Part shown: positions 63,284 to 64,000 of the stretch, piece by piece
Layout: the number at the start of each line of letters is the position of its first letter
Position numbering within the stretch: the stretch's first letter is position 1
Origin: Neoconidiobolus thromboides FSU 785
Lineage: Eukaryota; Fungi; Entomophthoromycota
Assembly: GCA_025603075.1 (NCBI GenBank)
Contig: MU626352.1
Coordinates: forward strand, 1 to 64,000
Length of the DNA: 64,000 bases
Direction of reading: 5' to 3'
Notes under the pieces: generated by a model
The model's database searches: none
The model's input: only the letters and a program-made list of their open reading frames with translations
What the model was told of the DNA's origin: nothing
Position numbers and translations under genes: made by a program

Positions 63284-63781
63284 TCAAGACCAGTATGAGC
63301 CATAAGAAGGAGGAACAGCACAAAAATTTACATTAGAATATTCTAAAGAATATCCATCCATATAATATGAGAAATGATCACAAAGAGGAAAAACATTGCT
63401 AGCAACCTGCGGCGCAGATAAAGGGGATGAGTAAAGAACAACATCTATTGGTAGTGTTACATTTGAAGCTATAGTTGGTGTTATAAATTCTTTGGATACA
63501 TTTGTGTCTTCAAATCCTTCATCTTGCTCGTATAACAGATGTATATTACTAACATCAAAGTTGACAAATCTATTTTCTCCATCAGTGGAGTGACCATTTT
63601 CTAACTCATGAATTTTGGCTTTGAATCTGCTACCTGTTCTCCCCCGTTTGTTATTTTTTTTGAAATAAGTGCATTCTTTTGCTTCATCTATACAATGCTG
63701 ACATTTCAATCCCATCTTAATACACCTTCGTCTCCTTAACTTACAGTAGTCACAAGCTTGAATGCAATGTTTATCACCCAT
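63284..63781 (-). CDS. Zn(II)2Cys6 transcription factor (short paralog of 44837-45637)
   Basis: ACDYCKLRRRRCIKMGLKCQHCIDEAKEC; shares MGxKxCIQACD, NNKRG and F(I/V)NFDxSNIHLLY with its paralog. Confidence 0.87.
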   Translation of the reverse strand: MGDKHCIQACDYCKLRRRRCIKMGLKCQHCIDEAKECTYFKKNNKRGRTGSRFKAKIHELENGHSTDGENRFVNFDVSNIHLLYEQDEGFEDTNVSKEFITPTIASNVTLPIDVVLYSSPLSAPQVASNVFPLCDHFSYYMDGYSLEYSNVNFCAVPPSYGSYWS

Positions 63782-64000
63782 TTTATTTTTTTGTTTCGGC
63801 TATCTTGAAGTCTATTTATATAACCTTACTCCAATATTTCCTATAAATATCGTTATGACTAGATACTTTCTTTATTTGGAAAGTACGTTCTGTCAGCAGT
63901 TCCCCACAACTCCAATCTAATAAAATACTATCAACAGTCACTTATTCACTATTTACACTATTTTGAAACTCTTAATCAAGTAAGCTTTAAACTTCCATTT

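Noticed and set aside
1-64000. Stop-to-Gln codon reassignment explaining the frequent in-frame TAA/TAG
   Set aside because: Conserved genes end at their expected positions with TAA (eL28, TFA1), TAG (YcnI) and TGA (APM3), consistent with the standard code.
1-64000. tRNA, rRNA, snoRNA or telomeric repeats
   Set aside because: No cloverleaf with a T-loop GTTCRA, rRNA-like GC-rich block, convincing C/D box pair or telomere array was seen.

Overview
Very AT-rich eukaryotic nuclear DNA with short GT-AG introns. The gene content (Zn2Cys6 factors, SHO1, MSH1, IRC3, eL28, a DUF1775 protein) points to an early-diverging fungus; an entomophthoralean such as Conidiobolus is an unverified guess. I can support 16 apparently coding genes: two divergent PCL/Pho80-type cyclins, SHO1, TFIIE-alpha, AP-3 mu, a PPR-like protein, an alpha-arrestin, an apparently truncated SEC15, a GPI-anchored YcnI/DUF1775 copper-binding protein, IRC3, URB1, two Zn2Cys6 paralogs, eL28, MSH1 and a LisH/Q-rich Flo8/SSDP-like regulator. 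There is also a 7TM-receptor pseudogene. Intergenic DNA is dominated by an unnamed ~105-bp foldback MITE family: 18 copies, all intergenic, with GGGG/GAG termini and a 4-bp ATAT/ATAA target duplication. Its consensus is also a stop-free ~34-codon ORF whose ATG forms at the TSD junction. Two larger GGGGTT-ended elements (810 and 600 bp, 7-8-bp TSDs) are present, one nested inside a MITE. I found no tRNA, rRNA, CRISPR array or intact transposase. Exon structures were inferred by eye and are approximate.
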